DNA of 64,000 bases, from the NCBI GenBank assembly GCA_963718895.1, contig CAVRAG010000007.1, forward strand, positions 544,001 to 608,000, written 5' to 3'. The position numbers and the translations under genes were made by a program. Below, in pieces: positions 38,614 through 48,807 of the stretch. The notes under the pieces were generated by a model. The model did no database searches, had not been told where the DNA came from, and worked only from the letters and a program-made list of their open reading frames with translations. Positions within the stretch are counted from its first letter, which is position 1, and each line of letters begins with the position of its first letter. The DNA is from an uncultured Nitrososphaerota archaeon. GTDB taxonomy: Archaea > Thermoproteota > Nitrososphaeria > Nitrososphaerales > Gagatemarchaeaceae.

Positions 38614-39817
38614 TTCTTCCTCTTTTGACTCCGGAAGACATCTTCGCGGCAATCCTAGATTGCAGACCCCAGAGCTCGATGAATCCGACAGCGGACGATT
38701 GGTCGAACGTGGACCCCTTCTGGTACGTTGCTTGACGGACCTTGTAGAGCGAGTAGGGTGAGGTCCGGCCTACTACGCGCAGTCCTCCCTTGTAGAGCTT
38801 CAGACGCACGCTCCCGGTGACTCTCCTCTGCGTTGTGTCTACGAAGCTGTCCAGCGCGGAACGAAGGGGGTCCATCCACAGGCCGGAGTAGACCAGCCAG
38901 GACCACTCCCTCTCGACGCCGACCTTGAACGCCAGCTCGTGCCTAGTGAGAACCAACTGCTCGAGGTCCCGGTGCGCCTCTATTATCGATACGGCGGCGG
39001 GCGCCTCGTAGACCTCGCGAGACTTTATCCCTACGAGCCGGTCCTCGATGTGGTCAATGATGCCGACTCCGTGCTTCCCCGCGAATGCGTTCACTTGACG
39101 AATCAGCGATAGACCGTCCTTTTCCACGCCGTTCAGCGAACGCGGTACGCCCTCGGCGAAGCCTATCTCTAGGTAGCCCGGAGTGTCCGGAGCGTCCTTC
39201 GGTAGCGTGACCCATTCGAACGCGCTTGCCGGAGGCTCGGCGTCCGGATCCTCCAGCGGCCCGCTCTCTATCGCCCGCCCCCAGAGGTTCTGGTCAATGC
39301 TGAAGATGGAGTTGGAGGGCTTCACCAATATGTTGTGCTTCTTCGCGTAGACCAGCTCTTGGTCCCTGCTCATGTTCCACTCCCTCACTGGCGCGATGAC
39401 ACGCAGAGATGGGTTGAGAGCCCGCACCGTGACGTCGAGCCTCACCTGGTCGTTGCCCTTCCCGGTGCATCCGTGCGACACGGCCGTGGCGCCCTCCTTC
39501 TCCGCGACCTCGACGAGCTTTGTCGCGATTAGCGGCCGTCCAAGGGCGGTAGCCAGGGGGTACTTCCCCTCGTACATCCCATTGGCACGGACCGAAGGCA
39601 GGACGTAGTTCTTGATGAACTCCTCCTTGACATCGATTTCGTAGTGCTTTACCGCGCCGACCGCCCTGGACCTCGCAGCGATTTCCTTGAAGTCCTCCTT
39701 CTGACCCAAGTCGAGCGTTAGCGTGATGACCTCGGCTCCGTACTTCTCTTGGAGCCAGCTGATGATTACGGAGGTGTCCAGGCCACCCGAGTAGGCGAGC
39801 ACTATCTTTTCTTTCAA
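38582..39817 (-). CDS. argG: argininosuccinate synthase
   Basis: LAYSGGLDTS, HGCTGKGNDQVR and GIKSREVYE; TTG start at 39817. Confidence 0.97.
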   Translation of the reverse strand: MKEKIVLAYSGGLDTSVIISWLQEKYGAEVITLTLDLGQKEDFKEIAARSRAVGAVKHYEIDVKEEFIKNYVLPSVRANGMYEGKYPLATALGRPLIATKLVEVAEKEGATAVSHGCTGKGNDQVRLDVTVRALNPSLRVIAPVREWNMSRDQELVYAKKHNILVKPSNSIFSIDQNLWGRAIESGPLEDPDAEPPASAFEWVTLPKDAPDTPGYLEIGFAEGVPRSLNGVEKDGLSLIRQVNAFAGKHGVGIIDHIEDRLVGIKSREVYEAPAAVSIIEAHRDLEQLVLTRHELAFKVGVEREWSWLVYSGLWMDPLRSALDSFVDTTQRRVTGSVRLKLYKGGLRVVGRTSPYSLYKVRQATYQKGSTFDQSSAVGFIELWGLQSRIAAKMSSGVKRGRNAKHTERKSS

Positions 39818-39890
39818 GCTTTTTTTGACCCTCGGTGAAATGTTTTTATAGATTTTGGCCATAAAGGACCCAAAATAGGGTGCTCTTGTT

Positions 39891-40616
39891 ACGAAATCGG
39901 TCACGCCGGGCGGGATAATCGCGGCTGTTAGAGACGAGATTGACTACGACCTCTCGCTGCAGGACGCTCTGGCAAGGGACTATGCAAACATCAGTGCGGT
40001 CTCCAGGATGATGCAGCCCCGGATTTCGGAGAAGCTGGGAAGAGAAGTGAACATCGAGAGCATCATCACCTCGATGAAACGCCTTCGGGGCGTCTACACG
40101 TTCGCGTCGGAGGAGATCAGGGAGGTGATAGGAGAGAGCGTGGTCAACGTGAGAACGAACGTCTCCAAGATCTCGGTCGAGAAGACGCGGAAGACCCTCG
40201 AGGCCGTGAGCGGCATGCTGGCCAGCCATCAGCACGATTTCCTGCATGTCTCCGAGAGCATCTCGTCGATTACGCTGATCTTCGACCAGAAGCTCCACAA
40301 GCGGATTAGGGACAGGCTCCCCGAATCGGTCATCCTGGAGGAGGGGGACGACTACGCGGCCATCATCGTCCAGAGCCCCATCAAGATCAGGACGACGCCC
40401 GGATGCCTGATCAACTTCTACAACCAGATAGCACGGAGGCACGTCAATATCGAGGACACGGTCAGCTGCCACACCGACACCATCATAGTCGTGAAGATGA
40501 AGGAGGTCGGAAAGGCCTTCACCGCGCTGACAGACCTGATATCGGAGGAGAGGAAGTGGCTCGAGTCGGGCGAGGCGGCGCGCCGCCAAGAGGCGCGAAT
40601 TCGTCAAAGTGTTTAA
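39891..40616 (+). CDS. ACT-domain regulator of amino-acid metabolism (archaeal)
   Basis: AVRDEIDYDLSLQDALARDYANISAVSR precedes the first ATG (40008); C-terminal TPGC..NIEDTVSCHTD; sits between the arg operon and carAB; start codon unclear. Confidence 0.75.
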   Translation, partial: TKSVTPGGIIAAVRDEIDYDLSLQDALARDYANISAVSRMMQPRISEKLGREVNIESIITSMKRLRGVYTFASEEIREVIGESVVNVRTNVSKISVEKTRKTLEAVSGMLASHQHDFLHVSESISSITLIFDQKLHKRIRDRLPESVILEEGDDYAAIIVQSPIKIRTTPGCLINFYNQIARRHVNIEDTVSCHTDTIIVVKMKEVGKAFTALTDLISEERKWLESGEAARRQEARIRQSV

Positions 40617-40655
40617 AAACACACCGCCCTGAGCATATCTTCTTTAAGAGACCTA

Positions 40656-41825
40656 ATGGAAAAAACTGAGGGGAGCAACCCGGCCGTCCTTCTTCTGGAG
40701 GATGGTTCGCTCTTCCTCGGAAAGGGCTTTGGTGCGGAGACGACGGCAGTCGCCGAGGTCGTGTTCACGACGGGTATGGTGGGTTATCCCGAATCAATGA
40801 CGGACCCGTCCTATGCTGGCCAGGTTCTGACGTTCACGTTCCCCCTCATAGGGAACTATGGGGTCGCGAGCATGCAGGACCTTGATGTGATGGGGCTGCC
40901 GAGGCAGTTTGAATCGGAGTCCATCAAGGTTAGCGGAATCGTGGTGCAGGAGAACTGCGAGCGCCCGAGCCACTGGGACTCCAGGAGCACGCTGTCGGAC
41001 TGGATGCGCCGCGAAGGCGTGCCTGGCATCAGCGGGGTGGACACGAGGGCGCTGGTCACGAAGCTCAGGGAGAGGGGAGTTATGATGGGCATCCTGGCCA
41101 ACGGGGTGGAACTCTCGTCCAAGAGCGAGCTGCTGAAGCTTCTCAAGCGGTCCACTAAGTACGGTTCTATCGACTTCGTGAGGAGGGTCTCCCCGAAGAA
41201 GGCGAAGGTCTACGGAGACTCCGAGAAGTCCGTGGTGCTACTCGACTGCGGGACGAAGCTCAGCATAATACGCAACCTTCTCACCAGGGGCTACAGCGTC
41301 GTGAGGGCGCCTTTCGACTACTCCTACTCTGACGTCATGAGCCACGATCCGGTCGGGGTCGTCGTTAGCAACGGTCCCGGAGATCCCGTGCTCTGCGGGG
41401 CGACGGTCGCGACGACGGCGAGACTCATCGAGTCCGACGTGCCCACCCTTGGTATCTGTCTCGGGCAGCAGCTCGTCGCCATCTCGCAGGGAGCGACCAC
41501 CTTCAAGCTGAAGTATGGTCACAGAGGGCAGAACAAGCCTATCGTCGACCTGACGTCGGGCAGAGGATTCGTCGCGAGCGAGAACCACGGGTACTCGGTC
41601 GACGGCGCGAGTCTCGGGGGAACCGACCTGAAGCCGTGGTTCGTCAACGCGGACGATAAGAGCATCGAGGGGCTCATCCACTCGAAGAGGTCCTGCATCT
41701 CGGTCCAGTTCCATCCCGAGGCATCACCGGGGCCCTACGACGCCCAGTTCGTCTTCGACAGGTTTGCCTCGCTCATAGAGGGCAGGAAGATGGTAGGTGA
41801 GAAAGTTCGAACCATGAGAACGTGA
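40656..41825 (+). CDS. carA: carbamoyl-phosphate synthase small subunit
   Basis: FTTGMVGYPE, SNGPGDP, GICLG, GHRGQN and QFHPE. Confidence 0.97.
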   Translation: MEKTEGSNPAVLLLEDGSLFLGKGFGAETTAVAEVVFTTGMVGYPESMTDPSYAGQVLTFTFPLIGNYGVASMQDLDVMGLPRQFESESIKVSGIVVQENCERPSHWDSRSTLSDWMRREGVPGISGVDTRALVTKLRERGVMMGILANGVELSSKSELLKLLKRSTKYGSIDFVRRVSPKKAKVYGDSEKSVVLLDCGTKLSIIRNLLTRGYSVVRAPFDYSYSDVMSHDPVGVVVSNGPGDPVLCGATVATTARLIESDVPTLGICLGQQLVAISQGATTFKLKYGHRGQNKPIVDLTSGRGFVASENHGYSVDGASLGGTDLKPWFVNADDKSIEGLIHSKRSCISVQFHPEASPGPYDAQFVFDRFASLIEGRKMVGEKVRTMRT

Positions 41826-44800
41826 AGAAAGCGATAGTCCTGGGAAGCGGGGCAATAAAGATCGGAGAAGCCGGCGAGAGCCGCTAAAGCGGCCGCCAAT
41901 TCGACTACTCCGGAAGTCAGTGCCTCAAGGCCCTGCGGGAAGAAGGCGTCAGTTCCCTTCTGGTCAACCCGAACATCGCTACCATCCAGACCGACTCGAG
42001 GATGGCCGACAAGATCTACTTCCTCCCTGTGAACCCGGACTTCGTCTCGGCGGTGATCGAGAAGGAGCGGCCCGACGCTATCATGCTCGGGTTCGGAGGT
42101 CAGACCGCCCTGAACTGCGGGGTGGGCCTGGCGAGGAGGGGGACGCTCGAGAAGTATGGTCTGAAGGTCCTCGGTACTCCGATCATCGGAATCGAGATAA
42201 CCGAAGACAGGGAGCTATTCAAGGAGGCAATGCAGGACGTCGGAATCTCCGTCCCCAGAAGCAAGCCGGCGTACTCTCTCGAGGACGCTCGGCGGATAGT
42301 CAAGGAGATAGGATACCCCGTCATCCTTAGGGTCGCGTACACCCTGGGAGGAAGAGGCGGTGGCGTCGCGCGGAACGACAGGGAGCTCTCGGAGATCGTC
42401 CAGAGGGGGCTCAACCTCAGCATCGCGCACCAGGTCCTGATCGAGGAGTACATCGGGCACTGGAAGCAGATCGAGTACGAGGTAATGCGTGACAGGAAGG
42501 AGAACAGCATGGTCGTCTGCAACATGGAGAACGTCCTGAGCATGAGGGTCCACACCGGCGACAACATCGTGGTCGCGCCCTCGCAGACGATAACCAACAG
42601 GGAGTACCACATGCTTCGCTCCCTCTCGCTCAAGGCCGCGGCGAGGTGCGGCATCCTGGGCGAGTGCAACATGCAGTTCGCTCTCGAGCCCGGCTCGGAG
42701 CGGTACAACGCGATCGAGATCAACGCCCGGCTCTCGAGGTCCTCGGCGCTCGCGTCAAAGGCCACAGGTTATCCCATTGCGTACATAGCAGCGAAGCTCT
42801 GTCTCGGATACTCACTGGAGGAGCTGAAGAACAAGGTCACCGGAGTGACCACCGCGCTCTTCGAGCCCTCGCTCGACTACGTCGTCGTGAAGATGCCGCG
42901 GTGGGACACCAAGAAGTTCGAGGGAGCCTCGAGGAACATCGGGACGGCGATGAAGTCCATCGGGGAGGTGATGGCGATAGGGAGGAACTTCGAGGAGGCC
43001 CTCCAGAAGGCCGCCAGGATGCTCAACATCAGGTACGACGGCGCCATAAGGAGGTTCGTGGAGACGGACGACCTCGCGGTCCTCAGGGAGAGGCTGAAGA
43101 ATCCCACCGACCAGATAATCTTCGACGTCGTGGAGGCGCTGATGGTGGGCCTCCCCGAAGACGAGGTGAGCAGGCTCAGCGTGATCGACCCCTGGTTCGT
43201 GAGCAAGCTCAAGAACATCGTCGAGATGTACGGTCGCATCACCAAGAGCGGGAAGGAGGGGATTGAGAGGGACCCGACGCTCGTCCGGGAGGCGAAGACC
43301 CTCGGCTTCTCCGACAAACAGATAGCCGCCGCCGTCGGGATGGACGAGGACCACGCGAGGTCGCTGAGGGAGAGGATGGAGATTAGGCCCTGCACGAAGG
43401 TGATAGACACGCTCGCCGCAGAGTGGCCGGCCCGCACCAACTACCTATACATGACGTTCAACGGGACCGAGGACGAGGCCAAGCCGACCAGCGCCAGGAA
43501 GGTCGTGGTCCTGGGGGCAGGCCCCTACAGGATCGGGAGCTCCGTCGAGTTCGACTGGGGTACCATGAACATGGCGTGGGCGCTGAAGGCCAACGGGGTC
43601 GAGGAGGTCGTGGTCGTCAACTGCAACCCCGAGACCGTCTCGACCGACTTCGACATGAGCGACAGGCTCTACTTCGAGGAACTGACCGTCGAGAGGCTGC
43701 TCACGATATACGCCAGGGAGAAGCCGATGGGCCTCGTCCTCTGCGTCGGGGGGCAGATACCGAACGACCTGGCCCTGGAGCTCGACCAGAACGGGGTCAG
43801 CATCCTGGGGACTACCGCGGAGTCCATCGAGCGGGCGGAGGACAGGGAGAGATTCAGCTTCCTGCTCGACAAGCTCGAGATCCCCCAGCCCAAGTGGGGG
43901 AGCTTCAGGTCGACCAAGCAGGCCAGAGACTTCTGCGACGAGGTCGGATACCCCGTGATAGTCCGGCCCTCGCACGTCCTGAGCGGGTCGGCAATGAGGG
44001 TGATCTGGGACAGCAGCGAGCTCGACACGTTCCTCGCGAAGGCCGTCGAGGTCAACCCCAACTATCCGGTCACGATAAGCAAGTTCATCGAGGATGCCAA
44101 GGAGGTCGAGGTGGACGGGATCTCGGACGGGGAGACGACCGTAATAGGCGCCATAATGGAACACGTGGAGAAGGCAGGGGTCCATTCCGGGGACGCCATA
44201 ATGACTATCCCGACCATAACCGTGAGCCCGGTCGCCAAGCAGAAGATGCGTGACTACAGCCGCTCCATCGCTCGAGAGCTCGGGGCGAAGGGGCCGTTCA
44301 ACATCCAGTACCTCGTCATAGGGGACGACGTGCAGGTCATCGAGTGCAACCTGAGGGCCTCCCGCTCGATGCCCTTCGTCTCGAAGGCCACCGGGATGAA
44401 CCTGATCGAGCTCGTCGCCCCGGTCCTCCTTGGAGGCAAGCTCACAGGCATTCAGGACGCGCCGGAGCCGAAGGGGTTCGCCGTGAAGGCGCCCCAGTTC
44501 TCTTTCATGCAGATGGAGGGTGCCGAGCCTACGGTCGGTGTCGAGATGCGGTCGACGGGCGAGGTCGCGTGCTTCGGTGACACTCTGCCCGAGGCCATGA
44601 GCAGGGCCTTGATCGCGTCGGGCCTCAGGATACCACAGAAGGGGGAGATCGGTATCGTGCTCGCGGACGAGAAGTCGGACATGAAGAGGATGAGGTCGCT
44701 CGTGGCGGGGTTCAGGGCGGCGGGCATAGACCTCGTGGCGACTCAGTCGCTCGCCAACGCCCTCGGACAGAGCCTCGCCAGGGCATCGACTACCGACGAG

Positions 44801-44992
44801 ATGGCAGAGATGCTGACGAGCGGCAAGGCGTCGTTCGTCATCTCGCTGAGCACAAATCTCAACAGGATGAGGAAGGACCTGTTCAAGGTCAGGAGGAAGG
44901 CCGTCGAGCTCCAGGTCCCGTTCCTGACGACGCTGGAGGAGGGCGAGGCGATCCTCATGTGCGTACGGTCCCCCCTGAAGAGCCTCATCTAG
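41822..44992 (+). CDS. carB: carbamoyl-phosphate synthase large subunit, interrupted by a 21-nt insertion
   Basis: GTG at 41822 overlaps the carA stop (GTGA). KKAIVLGSGAIKIGEAGE-[insert]-FDYSGSQCLKAL..NPNIATIQTD is in frame with ORF 42002-44992. Confidence 0.95.
41879..41899 (+). other. candidate bulge-helix-bulge/loop mRNA intron (AGCCGCTAAAGCGGCCGCCAA)
   Basis: GGCG/CGCC 4-bp helix, AGA 3-nt bulge and GCCGC-TAAA-GCGGC inner hairpin; removal restores GEAGEFDYSG and deletes the in-frame TAA. Confidence 0.8.
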
Positions 44993-46254
44993 GACGGACG
45001 TGCGATAGGAAGTCCTTCTTCGGGACGAGCGTCTCAGTCCCGTCCTCGAGGTCCTTGAGCAGGAAGTTCCCCGAGTCGAGTTCCTTCCGTCCGACGAGGA
45101 GCACCCACCTGAAGCCAGTGGAGCTTGCGTCCTCCATCTGCTTCCTCAGGCTCTTGCCGCGGGGACCAACCTCGCTCCTCATTCCCTCTGCCCTAAGTCT
45201 GGCCAGGGCCTCGAGCGCGGTCTCCATCAGCGCAGGCTCAGTGTAGGCCACGTACACAGACACCGTCGGCCTGGCCTGCGGGGCCAGCGAGAGGGCTATC
45301 CTCTCGACACCCCCGGCCGCGCCGGTGGCCGAGAGCTCAGGTCTTCCGAAGAGCTTCGGCAGGACGTCGTAGCGCCCTCCTCCGCACAGGGACCCGAGGT
45401 CCGGGCGTGCCCCGTCCTTGACCTCGAACACTATCGCTGTGTAGTAGTCCAGGCCTCGGACGATGCTCAGGTTGTACTGGACGTTCGAGACTCCCCTCTG
45501 CCTGAGCGCGTCCCTGAGCTCGCCGAGACCCGTCGCGGACTCCAGTCCAGCCTCTTCCAGCCTGGTGAGGACCTTGATCGGGATGGCCCACGGTCCTCCC
45601 GAACTCGAGGAGGTCTTTCATCTCTCCCCGCCCGACCCCTTTGGCCTCGTACTCCCTGACGAGCTCCTCCTCGGTCTTCTTTCCGACCTTGTCGAGGGCC
45701 CTCATCATCTCGCTGGCCTTCTCCTCCGAGGTCACCTTGAGCGTCTTCCTGATGTACTCTTCGACGACCCTCCGGTCGCCCACGTGGAGGATGACCTCGC
45801 TCAGGCCCAACCTCTTGAAGAGGTTGTAGGAGAGGTCCATCACCTCGGCGTCGGAGTCTATCCTGGGATCTCCGAATATCTCGACGTCCCACTGGTAGAA
45901 CCAGCGGTATCTTGCGTGCTGCGGCTCGTCGTACCTCCAGACCCCGCCGTAGGAGGCGAGCTTGATCGGGGGCCTGAGCTCCTTCTTCCCAGCCACATAC
46001 CGGGTCATCCCGACTGTCAGGTCGAACCTGAGCCCGATGTCCCTCTCGCCCTTGTCCTTGAAGTGGTAGATCTGCTCATCGACCTGGGACCCGCTCTTGG
46101 CCCTCAGGACAGAGAGCGTCTCGAGGGGGGCCGGCTCCATCGACCTGAAGTTGTAGGCCCTGACGAGCTCGTCGAAGGCCGTCCTTATCCGGGTGTGGAG
46201 ATCGTACTCGTCCGGATCGATGTCCCGGATGCCCCGCGGCAGGGAGAGGTCCAT
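44985..46254 (-). CDS. hisS: histidyl-tRNA synthetase, frameshift near 45578
   Basis: LPRGIRD, LRFDLT, WRYDEPQ, RGLDYY and CGGGRYD; C-terminal anticodon-binding domain. Confidence 0.95.
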
Positions 46255-46258
46255 GTCG

Positions 46259-47227
46259 TCACTTGCCCTTCAGGGCCGAGAGCTCCGCCAGCATCGCGGT
46301 GAGCTGTATCTCCGGGTTCGCGCCCAGGACCAGCCGGTAGTCGTACTCGGCGAGAATCTTGATCGCCTCGGCCATGTGCGGTGTCCCCGCGGTGATGGTC
46401 TCGTTGGAGTAGCGAAGGAAGTCCGACTCCGGGATCCCGTAGACCTTCGTGAGCTCGATGAGCTTCTGGCGTGCCCCGACGAAGTCGCCGTCGAGGGCGA
46501 GGCTTACTATCTCAGCGGCCCTCCCGCGCACGAGTGCCCCCGTCACCGCGTCCACCCTCTCCATGGTCACTTCCCCGTCCGTCGCTGCGGCCTGGAGGAG
46601 GTTGATCGCCTGCCTCAGGTCGCCGTTGGTTGCCTCGTAGACTGACTCCAGGACCTTCTCGGTCGTCTTCAGCTTCTCGTTCTTGGCTATCTTCTTCAGG
46701 TAGCCCACGACCTCGTCCGAGCCGACCCGCTGGAACCTGAAGATCGCGCACCTGCTCTGAATCGGTTCGATGATGTTGGATGAGTAGTTGCAGACGAGGA
46801 TGAACCTGGTGAACCTCGAGCTCTCCTCCATTATGCGCCTCAGCGCTGTCTGCGCATCCCGCGTCATCTCGTCCGCTTCGTCGAGTATCACCAACCGGAA
46901 CGGGACTCCCTCCCTCCGGTCGGAGTAGCTCGCGAAGACCTTCACGCGCTCCCTCACGGTGTTGATCCCCCTCTCGTCGCTGGCGTTGAGCGAGAGCGTG
47001 TAGTCGGACTTTAGTTCCCCGAGTATCTTCTCGGCCACTATCTGAGCCACCGTAGTCTTGCCGGTGCCCGGAGGACCTGCGAAGAGGAGGTGGGGCATCT
47101 GCTGCTGCTTCTCCAGGAGAGGCCTCAGCCTCTCCTTCACCTCTGTCTGGTTGATGACGTCGTCTAGGTTGTGGGGCCTGTACTTCTCGACCCACATCAG
47201 GTCCTCTATCGGCATGCGGACAAACAC
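46259..47227 (-). CDS. rfcS: replication factor C small subunit
   Basis: WVEKYRP, GPPGTGKT, LNASDERG, LDEAD and IQSRC. Confidence 0.96.
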   Translation of the reverse strand: MFVRMPIEDLMWVEKYRPHNLDDVINQTEVKERLRPLLEKQQQMPHLLFAGPPGTGKTTVAQIVAEKILGELKSDYTLSLNASDERGINTVRERVKVFASYSDRREGVPFRLVILDEADEMTRDAQTALRRIMEESSRFTRFILVCNYSSNIIEPIQSRCAIFRFQRVGSDEVVGYLKKIAKNEKLKTTEKVLESVYEATNGDLRQAINLLQAAATDGEVTMERVDAVTGALVRGRAAEIVSLALDGDFVGARQKLIELTKVYGIPESDFLRYSNETITAGTPHMAEAIKILAEYDYRLVLGANPEIQLTAMLAELSALKGK

Positions 47228-47293
47228 CCCGCCCGGAGCATTATATCACCACGCCCCAAGTCCGGATATAATAATGTCAGCCTCGGGCCGACC

Positions 47294-48016
47294 CTAGGCG
47301 CGCTGGAGTCCGAGGTAGAGCCGCCCGAGCTCCTTGTGGTCGAGGAGCTCCCTGCAGGTTCCGCTGAAGACCGTCTTGCCGCTGACCAACAGAAACGCAG
47401 CGTCCCCCATCTCCAGGGCTCGCTTTGCGTTCTGCTCCACCAAGACGGTCGTGAGGTTCATGTCCCTCGTGATTGACGAGATGGTGTCCAGGACCTGGGT
47501 GGCAACCTTCGGCGCCAGGTTGGCGGTCGGCTCGTCGAAGAGCACGACCGTTGGCTTGCGCATCAGCGCCATCGCCATCGCGACCATCTGCCTCTCGCCG
47601 CCGCTCAGATTCGCCGACTTGGTCGCGAGATACTTTGAGAGCTGCGGGAAGAGGTCCATTGCCACCTTGGCTCTTTGAGGGTAGTCCCGCTCGTGGACAG
47701 TGTATCCAGCGAGACGAAGGTTCTCCCTGACCGTAAGATTGGTGAAGACGTTCTCGGTCTGCGGCAGGTAGGCCACACCGGACCTGGCGACCTCTGTCGG
47801 GGACTTGTGCGTGATGACCAGATCGTCGACCGCAATGGCGCCCCTGAAGACGGTGGCTATGCCCGAGATAGACTTCAGGAGAGTGCTCTTTCCGGATCCG
47901 TTTGGGCCCACGACGACCGTAATCTTCCCAGGAACGGCCTGCAAGGAGACACCGTCGAGTATCTGCAGGTTCCCGTAGCCTGCGGCCACGTCGGTGACTT
48001 TCAGCAAGCTAGGCAC
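47294..48016 (-). CDS. branched-chain amino-acid ABC transporter ATPase (LivF-like)
   Basis: GPNGSGKST, LSGGERQ, DEP and VEQNA. Confidence 0.92.
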   Translation of the reverse strand: MPSLLKVTDVAAGYGNLQILDGVSLQAVPGKITVVVGPNGSGKSTLLKSISGIATVFRGAIAVDDLVITHKSPTEVARSGVAYLPQTENVFTNLTVRENLRLAGYTVHERDYPQRAKVAMDLFPQLSKYLATKSANLSGGERQMVAMAMALMRKPTVVLFDEPTANLAPKVATQVLDTISSITRDMNLTTVLVEQNAKRALEMGDAAFLLVSGKTVFSGTCRELLDHKELGRLYLGLQRA

Positions 48017-48776
48017 CCAGGTAGGCTTCTATCACGTGCGGGTCGCTGATTACCTTGTCTGGCGGACCGGTAGAGATGATTTTCCCGTAGGCCATCGCGA
48101 TCACGTGATCGACGTAGCCTAGCGCAATGTCGAGCCTGTGCTCGATTATCAGGAAGGTCACGCCGAACTCGGCGCTCAGCTTCTCAATCGTGCCAAAGAT
48201 CTCGTGGGCGAGGGTTGGGTTAACGCCGGATATGGGCTCGTCGAGCAGGAGTAGATCTGCGCCGCTCATCAGGGCCCTCCCGATCTCGAGGAGCTTCATC
48301 TGGCCGCCACTAAGCTTGCTCGCCTGCTTGTCCCAGATGTTGGCGAGACCGAGAAACTCGAGCAGCTTCGCGGCACGCTCGGTGGACCTCTCCTCCGGTT
48401 TCTCCCAGAGCGTGTGTATCGGCGCCCTCAAGAACCCCTCTCCCGGGTTCTTCTTCTCGGCCACGAGCATGTTCTCCAGAACGTTCAGCCGGGTGAAGAG
48501 AGCCGGGACCTGGAAGGTCCTCGCTATCCCAGCGCGAAATATCCTATGCGGTGCCCAGCCCGTTATCCGCTGCGACCTGTAGAACACGTCCCCGCTGTCG
48601 GGCTTGTAGAAGCCGGAAATCACGTTGACGAGGGTGGTCTTGCCAGAACCGTTCGGGCCGATGAGAATTGTGATCTTGTTGGCTTCAAGGTCGAGCGAAA
48701 TCCCATCGATGGCCTGAAGCTTGCCGAAGGATTTCTGAAGTTGCTTTACCTGCAAAATATTCGCAGGAGCGGACAT
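48009..48776 (-). CDS. branched-chain amino-acid ABC transporter ATPase (LivG-like)
   Basis: GPNGSGKTT, GIARTFQ, IEH and VIEAYLG. Confidence 0.92.
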   Translation of the reverse strand: MSAPANILQVKQLQKSFGKLQAIDGISLDLEANKITILIGPNGSGKTTLVNVISGFYKPDSGDVFYRSQRITGWAPHRIFRAGIARTFQVPALFTRLNVLENMLVAEKKNPGEGFLRAPIHTLWEKPEERSTERAAKLLEFLGLANIWDKQASKLSGGQMKLLEIGRALMSGADLLLLDEPISGVNPTLAHEIFGTIEKLSAEFGVTFLIIEHRLDIALGYVDHVIAMAYGKIISTGPPDKVISDPHVIEAYLGA

Positions 48777-48807
48777 ATCGCAAAAAGATTGAGGAAACCA
48801 GGACCCT

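Noticed and set aside
39898-39940. Possible second BHB intron at the 5' end of the ACT regulator (GCCG/CGGC helix; removing 17 nt would join TTG 39886 to the main frame)
   Set aside because: The first bulge is only 2 nt, the outer helix is poor, and the unspliced GIIAAVRDEI already looks like the expected N-terminal helix
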